Source: a virus (taxonomy: Duplodnaviria; Caudoviricetes). Taken from it: a stretch of 52,275 nucleotides of DNA. Shown piece after piece: positions 1 through 9,029 of the stretch. Below the pieces are notes generated by a model. It made no database searches and was not told where the DNA came from. It saw only the letters and a list, made by a program, of their open reading frames with translations. Positions within the stretch are counted from its first letter, which is position 1. Each line of letters begins with the position of its first letter. The stretch lies in IMG/VR virus record IMGVR_UViG_3300032893_000067, positions 1 through 52,275 of that record. One strand, 5' to 3'. The translations under genes and the position numbers were made by a program.

Positions 1-279
1 TTCAAATCTTACAAAATCGGGCATTTGTTCTGCTTGTGCAATGATCTTTTCTACTGTTTCTTCAGAAAGTTTTCCTTCTTCCAATGCCTTCTTTGCAGAT
101 TGAATCTTTGAAGCTTTATTCTCTAGGCTCAAAGTTGTTCCAGATTTTAATGTAATATCTTCTAGAACTACTACTTTACCATCTTCTCCTCGAACAGTGG
201 GACGAATCTTTACATAATCCAATCCACCATTTTGAGACTTAAGAACTGATCCAATTACAGTTTTTTTAAACTTTGCCAT
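1..279 (-). CDS. hypothetical protein (3' end runs off window)
   Basis: Open frame read by hand: MAKFKKTVIGSVLKSQNGGLDYVKIR...PDFVRFE, preceded by GGAG and abutting the stop of 280..633. Confidence 0.75.
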   Translation of the reverse strand, partial: MAKFKKTVIGSVLKSQNGGLDYVKIRPTVRGEDGKVVVLEDITLKSGTTLSLENKASKIQSAKKALEEGKLSEETVEKIIAQAEQMPDFVRFE

Positions 280-633
280 TTATTTCTCCTCATCTTTCAA
301 ATATTTTACAATTTCTTCTGCTTTTTTAGCAACATATTTTTTACCATTCTTAGTAATAATAAATCCATTTTCTGCCTTATCAACTGTTACATATCCATAA
401 ACTGGATATGTGTAGCTATAATATGATGGATATAAATATACCCAATTATAACCATTCCAATATCCTCCAGTAGTGGTACTAAATGTTGCGGTTCCAGAAG
501 CACTATTTGTTGCAGTAGTTGCAAATAAATCATTAGTTCCATTAATAACTGCAGAAGTTCCAGTTTCTAATTTATTCATTTCTTTCACTACGTTACTATC
601 TGTTAATTTTACTACATTGGTTTTATTACCCAT
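280..633 (-). CDS. hypothetical protein with Thr/Tyr-rich low-complexity segment
   Basis: ORF track 280..660; AGGAG RBS favours MGNKTN start at 633. Confidence 0.65.
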   Translation of the reverse strand: MGNKTNVVKLTDSNVVKEMNKLETGTSAVINGTNDLFATTATNSASGTATFSTTTGGYWNGYNWVYLYPSYYSYTYPVYGYVTVDKAENGFIITKNGKKYVAKKAEEIVKYLKDEEK

Positions 634-1081
634 TAGTTTCTCCTTTATTTTCATAACCAAGTTTTAATTCTTGAGCTTGAGAAACAAGAGTATCCATTGC
701 TTCTTCGCTTTTTTTAGCTTTCTTTTCTTCTTCCACTCTTGCTAATTCTTCACCAGCAGAATGAATGATCATAATATATTTGCTTGTAAGAATCTGATTT
801 AAAATATTAAATAATTCTTGTTCTTTCTTATCCAAAGGCTTTTTATCTGAATCTTCTATAGGAAACTTTGCTACAAGTTCTATAACTCTTTCAATGGCTT
901 TCTTATTAAGAACTTTTAGATATCGTCTCATTACAGGATAATACATGTGGCACATGGCAGCATGTGAATCCAATAAGCTTCCTTCTGAAGCCCCAGACTT
1001 TTCTTTTTCAAGCATTGCCTGTTCTAATTGTTCAGGTGTTAACTGGCTCAGATCCAGTTGCTGGTTGTTCTGTTCCGACAT
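626..1081 (-). CDS. hypothetical protein
   Basis: 151-aa ORF in tightly packed minus-strand operon. Confidence 0.7.
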   Translation of the reverse strand: MSEQNNQQLDLSQLTPEQLEQAMLEKEKSGASEGSLLDSHAAMCHMYYPVMRRYLKVLNKKAIERVIELVAKFPIEDSDKKPLDKKEQELFNILNQILTSKYIMIIHSAGEELARVEEEKKAKKSEEAMDTLVSQAQELKLGYENKGETNG

Positions 1082-1310
1082 TTGCTTTTTCCTTTTCTAC
1101 TTCTTGTTCTTTTAACAAATCTTTCATAAATTTGACTACTTCTCTTAAAGTCATAGTCATTCTTACTTTTACTTTAACATCATTACCTGCTTTATTTTTT
1201 CTCAATTCTGTTACAAAGTCACCTTGTCGCATAAGTTTCTGCCATTTACAAGATGCTCCCAAAACTTTTTTGGATAGTGCGTTTAGTTTAAGTCTGTTAT
1301 CGCGTTTCAT
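1032..1310 (-). CDS. hypothetical basic protein
   Basis: ORF track 1032..1415; start at 1310 (MKRDNR) minimises overlap with 1297..1482. Confidence 0.5.
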   Translation of the reverse strand: MKRDNRLKLNALSKKVLGASCKWQKLMRQGDFVTELRKNKAGNDVKVKVRMTMTLREVVKFMKDLLKEQEVEKEKANVGTEQPATGSEPVNT

Positions 1311-1482
1311 AGATACATCCAATACTTGGTGAATATAGTCTAGCGCCTTTTTCTTTGCAGTAGTTATTATATTCTTTTGCAATTTCTTTTTCAGTCTTTG
1401 AATTTTTTTGATCACAAGCTCTAGTTGCCATCATAGTTCCAGCAAAAACTGAGATATATATTAGTGCAAGTAAAAATTTCAT
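1297..1482 (-). CDS. small membrane-anchored or secreted protein
   Basis: N-terminal hydrophobic MKFLLALIYISVFAG; abuts ERF stop. Confidence 0.6.
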   Translation of the reverse strand: MKFLLALIYISVFAGTMMATRACDQKNSKTEKEIAKEYNNYCKEKGARLYSPSIGCIYETR

Positions 1483-2073
1483 TTATTGCCAACCATTATC
1501 TTCTGTTGTTGTTTTCGGTTCTTCTTTCTTTGCTGATTTACGAAAGGTTGATTTAGTTCCATTGGCAGTTTGAGTAACATTTTCTGGGGTCTTTTGAGTT
1601 ACATCAGTTCCATTTGGAGTGTCAGTATTTAAAGTCGATGCTGAGATAGTTGAAACTTTTGTAGCTTTAGTTTGCCTATCGACTGCTGCTTCTCCATCAT
1701 CATCTTTAGCGCCAACATTTGCCATGGATTGTAGTCCATAACGTCGAGCATATGAAATGCCCGATCCTTCTGCTTGGGCGTCATTAGCTTTTGCTACTTT
1801 AATTTCTGTTAATGAACCAATGTATTCTCCAGATTCATGAAGTAGTAAAGTATTTACATAATTTTTACCATCAACAACAACTGTTGGTTGTAGTACAGCA
1901 ATTCCGTTTTTATTAAATGCAGGAAGAACTGCTTCTCTAATAGAATTCAAATCTGCAAAGGAGCTTTTAAAGAATGGATTTTTTGCTCCTTTCACCGCTT
2001 CACCCATTTCTTGTTGGGCTTTCAATAAAGCTGGTGCTAACTTTGTAATTGTTTCTGACATTGACATATTCAT
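1483..2073 (-). CDS. erf: ERF-family single-strand annealing protein
   Basis: Motifs KNPFFKSSFADL, TLLLHESGEYI, GSGISYARRYGL, DDDG. Confidence 0.92.
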   Translation of the reverse strand: MNMSMSETITKLAPALLKAQQEMGEAVKGAKNPFFKSSFADLNSIREAVLPAFNKNGIAVLQPTVVVDGKNYVNTLLLHESGEYIGSLTEIKVAKANDAQAEGSGISYARRYGLQSMANVGAKDDDGEAAVDRQTKATKVSTISASTLNTDTPNGTDVTQKTPENVTQTANGTKSTFRKSAKKEEPKTTTEDNGWQ

Positions 2074-2084
2074 TTCATATCTCC

Positions 2085-2441
2085 TTACTTTGTAACTATT
2101 GCAATTCCTTCATTAAATCTTTGTTCATTAATAACTTCATAATTTAAAGATTCTAATTGATCTTTCTCAACTTCTAAAACTCCTTGGGGTAATACTAATT
2201 TATTATTAAACCATCCTGCAGTATAATTATATTTTACAACATAAGTAGAAATTTGATACTTACCATCTTTAATTTCCATAACTTGTGAATATTCAAAATC
2301 CTTACTCACATTATACTTATCTTGAATTAATCTCTTTAATCTATTTCCAGCTTCATATTTATAATTAACTTTTTTAAACTCAACTGGATTAAATTTATAA
2401 TAGATCTTTTCTGCAAGTTTGTCAATTACATTAAGAAACAT
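2085..2441 (-). CDS. hypothetical protein
   Basis: 118-aa ORF in operon. Confidence 0.65.
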   Translation of the reverse strand: MFLNVIDKLAEKIYYKFNPVEFKKVNYKYEAGNRLKRLIQDKYNVSKDFEYSQVMEIKDGKYQISTYVVKYNYTAGWFNNKLVLPQGVLEVEKDQLESLNYEVINEQRFNEGIAIVTK

Positions 2442-2443
2442 TG

Positions 2444-3292
2444 TTATTCCTTAGATTGAGTTGTTTTAGTTGGAATATTGAATAACAGATTACTTCCGCT
2501 TCCCATAACTTGAGGCACAGTTCCATCCCATTTCTCAATAGCTTTGAGCATAAGAACTTTATCGGTAACTGTTTCTCTTAGAAGTTTTTGTGATTCTGCT
2601 TGTGCTTTTGCTTTTGTCAATGTTGCTTCGGCATCTCCTTTTGCTTCATTAACTTTTGCCTTTGCATCTGCAGTTGCTTTTTGTGCTGTATATTCGGCTT
2701 GTTGTGCTTGTTGATCAGCAATTTGCTTTTGTTCTACAGCATGATTAAATTCTGCGGTGAAATTAAGATTTACAATGGAAATACTTTTGACAAAGATACC
2801 ATAGTTTCCAAGACGTTCAATAAGAAGTTTATCAATATTGTCTTTAAGTTCCAAACGTTTTGTTAGAACTTCTTCGGCAGTCATTTTAGCTGTTGATGCT
2901 TTTAGAACTTCACTAACTGCTGGATCAATAACACGGTCTTTAACATCTTCTGTTCTTCCAATTGTTCTATAAATCTCTACAACTTTTGCAGGATCTAAAG
3001 TCCAGTTAAGTGCAACATCTGCTGTAACTTTTTGAAGATCTCTTGTAGCAGCTTCGCCAGTTGAATCTGTCTTTTGAATTTGAACAGATAATGTTTTAAT
3101 ACTAGAAAGAAAAGGAACTTTGAGATGAAATCCTTCTTCACGAATATCTTGTGAGACTTTACCAAGAAATACATAAACTCCTCGCTCGCCTGGGCTTACA
3201 ATCTTAAAGCTTCCAAATACTAATGGAAGTCCTACAAATACTCCTAGTGCAACTAATATTGCATTTCTAATACTTTTTATATCATTATTCAT
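2444..3292 (-). CDS. SPFH/prohibitin (band 7) membrane protein
   Basis: N-terminal TM, VSPGERGV...EGFHLKVPF, FNHAVEQKQIA coiled coil, IEKWDGTVP. Confidence 0.93.
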   Translation of the reverse strand: MNNDIKSIRNAILVALGVFVGLPLVFGSFKIVSPGERGVYVFLGKVSQDIREEGFHLKVPFLSSIKTLSVQIQKTDSTGEAATRDLQKVTADVALNWTLDPAKVVEIYRTIGRTEDVKDRVIDPAVSEVLKASTAKMTAEEVLTKRLELKDNIDKLLIERLGNYGIFVKSISIVNLNFTAEFNHAVEQKQIADQQAQQAEYTAQKATADAKAKVNEAKGDAEATLTKAKAQAESQKLLRETVTDKVLMLKAIEKWDGTVPQVMGSGSNLLFNIPTKTTQSKE

Positions 3293-3465
3293 TGATTTAC
3301 TCCCATATAAATTAATTGTCTTGTTACAATTTGTACAAAAAATAATCCTAAAATTGCTAGAGCATGAAATGGAGAAATTCTAAATAAAAAGTCTCCGATA
3401 AAAAACCATACAAATACTGAAGCTATTACATTTAAAATTAAGGCAATTATTAATCCAATCTTCAT
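3289..3465 (-). CDS. small two-TM membrane protein
   Basis: MKIGLIIALIL... two hydrophobic segments; trimmed from track ORF 3289..3573. Confidence 0.6.
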   Translation of the reverse strand: MKIGLIIALILNVIASVFVWFFIGDFLFRISPFHALAILGLFFVQIVTRQLIYMGVNQ

Positions 3466-3466
3466 T

Positions 3467-3766
3467 TTATTCCACCGTAAATAATCTATTACTTGCTTCA
3501 ATTCTAAAGCGTTCAAAAATGATATCTCTATCCAAATCACCAGATGTAATCTTTTCTGGCTTTGAGACAGCACCAGTTTCTAGATCAAATGTAATTTCAA
3601 CTACATACCACCAGCCATTTGCTTTATCTTTTGCAACTCCTAATGCTTTATTCTTTAAAGCAACTTGTGTGACTACTTGAAGTTCTTCTGGGGCACTGGG
3701 TTGTACGGGATTTGCTTGCATAGGCGTGGGCATTGTTGTTTCCTCAACTTTCTTTTTACGAGCCAT
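3467..3766 (-). CDS. hypothetical protein
   Basis: AGGAG RBS before MARKKK at 3766, downstream of a consensus sigma70 promoter. Confidence 0.7.
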   Translation of the reverse strand: MARKKKVEETTMPTPMQANPVQPSAPEELQVVTQVALKNKALGVAKDKANGWWYVVEITFDLETGAVSKPEKITSGDLDRDIIFERFRIEASNRLFTVE

Positions 3767-3806
3767 TTCTTTATTACTCCTTTTGAATAGCTTTCTAATT
3801 AATAAT

Positions 3807-3836
3807 ATTATAGTCGCTAATATAGTCATTTGTCAA
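3807..3836 (-). promoter_or_regulatory. sigma70-type promoter
   Basis: TTGACA-N18-TATAAT on minus strand. Confidence 0.7.
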
Positions 3837-3838
3837 CA

Positions 3839-4177
3839 TTATTCTTTCGAACCTTGATCAATCCAGTCTTTGATCATTTTTCGCTCATTTTCTGGCATAT
3901 CTTTTCCCAATGGCATACTTCTTATTTCCCAAATTCTATAACGAATTTGAACTCTTTTATCATAAGCTGTTTTATAATCTAGCCAACTTGGAAGATTATA
4001 TGGATTATTAAGATTATGACATGGAAGACAGTTCTTTTTAAAAATTGATCTTGCGTGTTTTGTATAAGTTAAAGTTTCAGTATTGGGCATTGTATCTATA
4101 TATTCTCTAGTTTTTATACCAAACTTATATCCTATAATGAAAAATACAATTAATATTGGAACTACTAATTGTTTCAC
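3839..4177 (-). CDS. membrane-anchored mono-heme c-type cytochrome
   Basis: N-terminal TM, CLPCH heme motif, distal SMPLG Met ligand, ERKMIKDWIDQG terminal helix. Confidence 0.82.
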   Translation of the reverse strand: MKQLVVPILIVFFIIGYKFGIKTREYIDTMPNTETLTYTKHARSIFKKNCLPCHNLNNPYNLPSWLDYKTAYDKRVQIRYRIWEIRSMPLGKDMPENERKMIKDWIDQGSKE

Positions 4178-4905
4178 TTTAAATTCTCACACATTTGTTT
4201 TAATAACATGTTGCTATAATTTGCAGCGGCTTGAGAAGTTCCTGACATGTATCCAAATAAGTTATTAGGAAATGTTGAATAAATTTCAGTACCTTGCATC
4301 CATTTCATATTATAAAGTCCATAATTGCTTGTAATATTTCTTCGGCCATCTTTTAATAGATTACCAATTGGAATAAGATTGACTATATGATATTTGGCTG
4401 GAAAGTAATCGTTACCTTTTTGAGATAGATCCATTCCATTATTCCCGGCGGCCACAACTATTTTAGTTCCAAGATCTGATATCTCTTTTAATACAACATA
4501 TTCTTCAATACTTGGTTCTATTCCTCCAGATGAATAATTAATAAGATCAAAGTGTTTCTTCAAAGCCAATTGAAAGCATTTGACACTATCTTTAATAGCT
4601 TCAGATTCTTTGTAATCTGGAATTCTTTTCTCTACATATCTACAGGATTGCATTATAACTTGATTACAGACGTCCTTTAGAATAAGGCCTGCGATGTGGG
4701 TGCCGTGGTACATAGAATCTTCGTAATTGTAGCCTGGGGAGTCTTTAACATGCTTTTTAATCTCAAGATGTGATAAGTCTACCCCTGTATCAACTATTAA
4801 TACATTAATTTCTTTCCCCTCACAACTATGCGGAAGTAAAAAGAATATAAAAGCCATTACAAATAATATAGCGCCTATAGATATTTGTCTTAAAAACTCA
4901 GTCAA
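4174..4905 (-). CDS. subtilisin-like S8 serine protease, exported or anchored
   Basis: VDTG, HGTHIAG, AAGN, SGTSQAA catalytic motifs; N-terminal hydrophobic segment. Confidence 0.92.
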   Translation of the reverse strand: MTEFLRQISIGAILFVMAFIFFLLPHSCEGKEINVLIVDTGVDLSHLEIKKHVKDSPGYNYEDSMYHGTHIAGLILKDVCNQVIMQSCRYVEKRIPDYKESEAIKDSVKCFQLALKKHFDLINYSSGGIEPSIEEYVVLKEISDLGTKIVVAAGNNGMDLSQKGNDYFPAKYHIVNLIPIGNLLKDGRRNITSNYGLYNMKWMQGTEIYSTFPNNLFGYMSGTSQAAANYSNMLLKQMCENLK

Positions 4906-6056
4906 TCTTTCTTCCTTTTATCTTCTAATTCAATTAAATCGTCATCAATTCCATACCAGCATTTATTATAATATGGGCAGCGATATTCTCCACTTCCACA
5001 AGCATTTAGATTAGGTCCAAAATGTTCATTAGTTATACCTTCATTGGCCTTATCAAATGTCTCTAATACTAGATTCTCCGCTGTTTCAGATACTTTGTCA
5101 AGAATAATGTCTATTTTACATTCAGGTGTAATAGTTTCATTCCATTCACCATTGCATCGTTCAAATCTTGGGACCCCGGCTGGGCTTGGTTCAGCAAGAC
5201 CTATTGCATTATTGCAGGTCTTGTGCCTTCCACCAGTTCCATCATATCCACATTTAGAGCATATCTTTATTCTATTCTTAACTATATTCTTATACATTAC
5301 AAAGAATGCAACGCCATCTAGCTTTAATTCTTCTTTCTCGGCATGATAATATCCAATAAGCTGTTGACTTTTAGATGCAGCATCTTCTTCATAGTCCCTA
5401 GCAGATGTCTTATTATCTCCAAGATATCGTTTATCATCTTCCCATAGAACAACTAAATCCAATATTCCATTTACTACATCACCATTATTGTTTTCTAGCT
5501 TAGTTCTTTTCTGGATTGCAATGACTTCTTTGATGCGGGGCAATACTTTTTCGGCGTAACTCTTTATCATTATATGGCCTTTTCGTCTTAATGATAACCA
5601 ATTAGCCATTGAATAAAGTTTCTTTTCTTCTATTGGAAGGTTTCTAAATCCTATAGTAGCTTTCATTTCTAATATAGTATCAAGTATTTCTTTTAAAGTT
5701 TTAGTCGATTGATAATTGAGTTTAGCTTTTAATTCTTCAAATTTTTCATAATCTTCTTTTAATAGGAGTTCTTCATCAAAATCAGTTTTTGCATAAACAA
5801 TCATAGTTGCTTCGGGTATATAAATGTCTTCTCCATTTACATCGTTATATCTGAATGACTTATCAAACTTTTGTATAGCCTCTTCTAAATTCTTTGTCTT
5901 TAATAAATGGTTTAAACCAAAGTCAATTGCAGATCCATAAAGAAAGAATGCTCGATACTCTTTTGGACGTAGGCGTTTCTTGTAATGATAAAAATATTTG
6001 CGAGGGCATTCTGTGTAAAGCCTGATTTGAGAATTTGAAAGCTTATTCTTTTTCAT
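4902..6056 (-). CDS. PD-(D/E)XK (RecB/Cas4-like) exonuclease
   Basis: LSNSQIRLYTECPRKYFY, GILDLV...GDNKTS, QLIGY, terminal C-x6-CPY-x3-C; inserted CxxC module. Confidence 0.85.
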   Translation of the reverse strand: MKKNKLSNSQIRLYTECPRKYFYHYKKRLRPKEYRAFFLYGSAIDFGLNHLLKTKNLEEAIQKFDKSFRYNDVNGEDIYIPEATMIVYAKTDFDEELLLKEDYEKFEELKAKLNYQSTKTLKEILDTILEMKATIGFRNLPIEEKKLYSMANWLSLRRKGHIMIKSYAEKVLPRIKEVIAIQKRTKLENNNGDVVNGILDLVVLWEDDKRYLGDNKTSARDYEEDAASKSQQLIGYYHAEKEELKLDGVAFFVMYKNIVKNRIKICSKCGYDGTGGRHKTCNNAIGLAEPSPAGVPRFERCNGEWNETITPECKIDIILDKVSETAENLVLETFDKANEGITNEHFGPNLNACGSGEYRCPYYNKCWYGIDDDLIELEDKRKKD

Positions 6057-6412
6057 ATAATAGTCGATTTAAATCCATTATCATCTGTATAATAAACTTC
6101 TTTAATATCTAATGTCTTAAGCATTTGAAGACATGAAGAACATGGGAATGCTTTTGCCATTCTACCGCCGGGTGTTTCTCTAAAAATATAAATACTACAA
6201 TCTTTAAAGTTATCTAACTTTGAATTCAATATTGCATGGAATTCTGCATGAACCATTTTAAATTTATGCGGGGATCTTGTATGTGTTTTTAATTGATTAA
6301 CTCCAAAGCTAATAGGCTTGTTTTTATAAACTAATACACATCCCATTTTATGTTTGTGATGGTTTGAAAGTTTAGATATCTTTCTTGCCAAATCAAAAAA
6401 GTTCTTATTCAT
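6053..6412 (-). CDS. Zn-dependent cytidine/deoxycytidylate deaminase family protein
   Basis: HAE and PCSSC motifs. Confidence 0.88.
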   Translation of the reverse strand: MNKNFFDLARKISKLSNHHKHKMGCVLVYKNKPISFGVNQLKTHTRSPHKFKMVHAEFHAILNSKLDNFKDCSIYIFRETPGGRMAKAFPCSSCLQMLKTLDIKEVYYTDDNGFKSTII

Positions 6413-6639
6413 CGTATCTTATTACCTAAATGTTTATAAGGAATTATTAAACTAAAGATTCGTTTATTAATAGTTATAGTTAATACTAATTTTCTTTTTC
6501 TATCTTTATTCAATTCATTCTTATTTTTTAATGTTGTAAAATAGAAATCATTATAAGTATAACAATTAAATGAGAATCTAAATGAATTAAGATCTTCTTT
6601 ATAATATTCTATTTGTATAGGACTTCTTAGTAGTTTCAT
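6409..6639 (-). CDS. hypothetical protein
   Basis: ATGA overlaps on both sides. Confidence 0.6.
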   Translation of the reverse strand: MKLLRSPIQIEYYKEDLNSFRFSFNCYTYNDFYFTTLKNKNELNKDRKRKLVLTITINKRIFSLIIPYKHLGNKIR

Positions 6640-7208
6640 TTTCTTTCACCACATTTTTCACAATAGTCATATTCTTCCTGTAAACCTTGGTAATGTTTCC
6701 AGATATGAAAACAGATCGGTTCAGTTAAAACTTTAAATGTAGGATTACTAAAAATAGTTCCTAATGGGGCTTGTATTGGATAAAATGTTATGTCATTCCA
6801 ATTTGTTCCTTGATAAAATCCATAAGTATCACATGTAACCCAATTTGTTTCGAGAAAATTATCCGGTTCTGTTCCTTTTTCCCAAACTTTTATATAATCC
6901 TTTCTAAATTCGAAATAATAAGTTCCAGGAGATAGTATATCTGTTTTTTTGAGGAGAGACATTTGAGGTACTCTTGTATCTTTTTTCCATACATCTTCTA
7001 CGGATGGAATTAATTCATATTCTTTCATTTCTGGGAATTCTTTAGAAGCTACAAGAAGAGATGTTTCAATACCACAAATAAAACCAACTATTCTTGCATC
7101 TAATGGAAGATTTTCATCCATAAACTTTTTTATTTCAACGCTTGTTAATCCTGCTCTTCTATCTATTCCAGGAATAATAATACTAGCAAGTTTTCTATAA
7201 ATTTTCAT
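6636..7208 (-). CDS. hypothetical protein with C-terminal Zn ribbon
   Basis: CFHIWKHYQGL...YCEKC. Confidence 0.65.
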   Translation of the reverse strand: MKIYRKLASIIIPGIDRRAGLTSVEIKKFMDENLPLDARIVGFICGIETSLLVASKEFPEMKEYELIPSVEDVWKKDTRVPQMSLLKKTDILSPGTYYFEFRKDYIKVWEKGTEPDNFLETNWVTCDTYGFYQGTNWNDITFYPIQAPLGTIFSNPTFKVLTEPICFHIWKHYQGLQEEYDYCEKCGERK

Positions 7209-7432
7209 TTCTTTACCTCATTACATTTTGTACAATAAGTATCTTTTTGATTCAATCCAATATATTCTTTCCAATCATGTTCACATTTTATGGCAGATTT
7301 TGTGAATTCTAATTGTTGTCGTGGAACTATTTTTCCTTGTTGTTCTAATTCATTCATTATAGCATCAATTTCTTCTTGTGAAAGATTCAACATTCTAACA
7401 TCTTTTGGATATAATAGATTTATTTCAATCAT
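7205..7432 (-). CDS. small protein with C-terminal Zn ribbon
   Basis: CEHDWKEYIGL...YCTKC. Confidence 0.65.
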   Translation of the reverse strand: MIEINLLYPKDVRMLNLSQEEIDAIMNELEQQGKIVPRQQLEFTKSAIKCEHDWKEYIGLNQKDTYCTKCNEVKK

Positions 7433-7435
7433 TTA

Positions 7436-7708
7436 TCACTCATTTCTATAAATAATCGGTTGTATTGTGCTTCCATATGGTATCTTTTTAGCTTTCTTAA
7501 AATTCTTATAACTATTTCCACATCGAAAACATCCTTCATAATCAACTATCATTGAAGGTTTATTTCCATAGAACTCTTTTCTCTGTTTCAATGGAAGAGT
7601 TTTAAAATATTCATTGAACTTTTTAACTTCAGATTCTGCGTGTTTTCTTGTAACACAAAAATGGACCCAATGACAATCGCGGCACTCGGCCATTTTATAC
7701 TTAAACAT
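7436..7708 (-). CDS. Zn-finger hypothetical protein
   Basis: CRDC and CFRC pairs. Confidence 0.65.
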   Translation of the reverse strand: MFKYKMAECRDCHWVHFCVTRKHAESEVKKFNEYFKTLPLKQRKEFYGNKPSMIVDYEGCFRCGNSYKNFKKAKKIPYGSTIQPIIYRNE

Positions 7709-7952
7709 TTTTCATATCCTTTACCAATTGATCTAATACTTTTTTCATTTCAATTATAGCATTTCGCCTTTCATTCATCACCGGAAATGTTTCTAATCTT
7801 TTAATTTCTTCTTGTAATTTCTCATTATAAAACTCGTTAAAATATTGAAATGAATCCTCAAATCCTTTTACGTAAAGATTTAAATTATTATTGGCTGGGA
7901 CTTTAATACTTTTGAATCTATCCATAGCTATTGACAGAAGCTTTCTATTCAT
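7701..7952 (-). CDS. hypothetical protein, probably leaderless
   Basis: Start MNRKLL at 7952 sits 7 nt after a TATTAT -10 box. Confidence 0.6.
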   Translation of the reverse strand: MNRKLLSIAMDRFKSIKVPANNNLNLYVKGFEDSFQYFNEFYNEKLQEEIKRLETFPVMNERRNAIIEMKKVLDQLVKDMKNV

Positions 7953-7959
7953 ATATAGT
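7931..7959 (+). promoter_or_regulatory. sigma70-type promoter for 7967..8314
   Basis: TTGACA-N17-TATAGT, ATG 7 nt downstream. Confidence 0.65.
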
Positions 7960-7988
7960 ATAATACATGATATCAGAATTATTTGCAA
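7960..7988 (-). promoter_or_regulatory. sigma70-type promoter for 7701..7952
   Basis: TTGCAA-N17-TATTAT on minus strand. Confidence 0.55.
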
Positions 7989-8314
7989 GTACTTGTTTAA
8001 TGTTTAATACTGTACCGGATGCTGCAAAATATACCCCAGCTTGTATAAGTGCTACTAATGCAGCTATAATTCAATCTAATGTCAAATCTGATTTAGATAA
8101 TATGGAAAATAGCTTCAATAGGATTGTAGATCGTGAGGCTAAGAAAGAAATAAGTGAGCCTGTCATGTGGGGTCTTGGCGCCGCTTATTATGTATATCAA
8201 CATAAAGATAATCCAGGACTTAGTCTTAATTTTGCTTTTAAACCTTATGTAGATAGTATGGGATTAAATGTATATAATAATACATTGGGTACTACTTTAA
8301 TTTGGTATTGGTAA
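7967..8314 (+). CDS. lone plus-strand envelope-type protein (moron-like)
   Basis: Only plausible plus-strand gene in left arm; own promoter; Cys pair; ends in beta strand TTLIWYW. Confidence 0.7.
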   Translation: MISELFASTCLMFNTVPDAAKYTPACISATNAAIIQSNVKSDLDNMENSFNRIVDREAKKEISEPVMWGLGAAYYVYQHKDNPGLSLNFAFKPYVDSMGLNVYNNTLGTTLIWYW

Positions 8315-8869
8315 TCAGGGATTTAGATCTATTCCTAAGGACAGCGTATGGTTTGTTAGGACTGGGGTTATAATGTTATTAAGCTTCAGGTATTTATTAC
8401 CGTCGAAATGAACTAGGAATATGTTAGCTTCAAGTCCCATTAAAGGGACAGCGGACCAACCGTGTTCATTATGAACTGAATAGGGTTCAATGCCAAGTTT
8501 GGTAAATTCATTATCATCTTGGAAATAAGTGCCTAATAAAAATCCTAAATACAATTGATTAGTTCTAAGACCGACTGAATAAGTTCCACCATAGATTTGT
8601 TTACCAATAGAATTACTTCCTTCAAATAGTCTAACAGTTTGATAAACTTCACTTTCATCAAAGTTATATTGTATTCCAAATAGTGGATTGAATATTAGTT
8701 TTCCATCTTGAGACCATTTAGTTTGATATTGGGAAGATGCTCCATCTGCAATTAAATGATAGGTAACTCCACCGCCAATAGTTTCAAAGCTATTTGCTCT
8801 AACTGTTTTATAAACAAATGTTATTAATAAAAATCCTATAAGAATTAAAAAGAAATCATTCTTGTTCAT
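8315..8869 (-). CDS. exported beta-strand-rich protein, possible outer-membrane beta barrel (PagP-like layout)
   Basis: Signal peptide MNKNDFFLILIGFLL...VRA, then alternating Gly/aromatic strands (GGGVTYH, NPLFGIQY, NSIG, YLGFLLG). Confidence 0.55.
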   Translation of the reverse strand: MNKNDFFLILIGFLLITFVYKTVRANSFETIGGGVTYHLIADGASSQYQTKWSQDGKLIFNPLFGIQYNFDESEVYQTVRLFEGSNSIGKQIYGGTYSVGLRTNQLYLGFLLGTYFQDDNEFTKLGIEPYSVHNEHGWSAVPLMGLEANIFLVHFDGNKYLKLNNIITPVLTNHTLSLGIDLNP

Positions 8870-9029
8870 TTTCAGACTCCCATATGAATAAGCTATTTCC
8901 ATAAACAGGAGGTAGCATTCCTTCTTTTTCTATAAGATCCAATAGTTCTTGGGCCATTACATCTGGATACTTAATATCATTTTGCCATAAATAATCTGCA
9001 ATTTTGTTTATCATTTCACTTCGTTTCAT
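8856..9029 (-). CDS. hypothetical protein
   Basis: MKRSEMI...EKEGMLPP; trimmed start. Confidence 0.6.
   Translation of the reverse strand: MKRSEMINKIADYLWQNDIKYPDVMAQELLDLIEKEGMLPPVYGNSLFIWESENEQE

Noticed and set aside
4902-6056. Cas4 / CRISPR system
   Set aside because: No array or other cas genes; linkage with ERF indicates a recombination exonuclease
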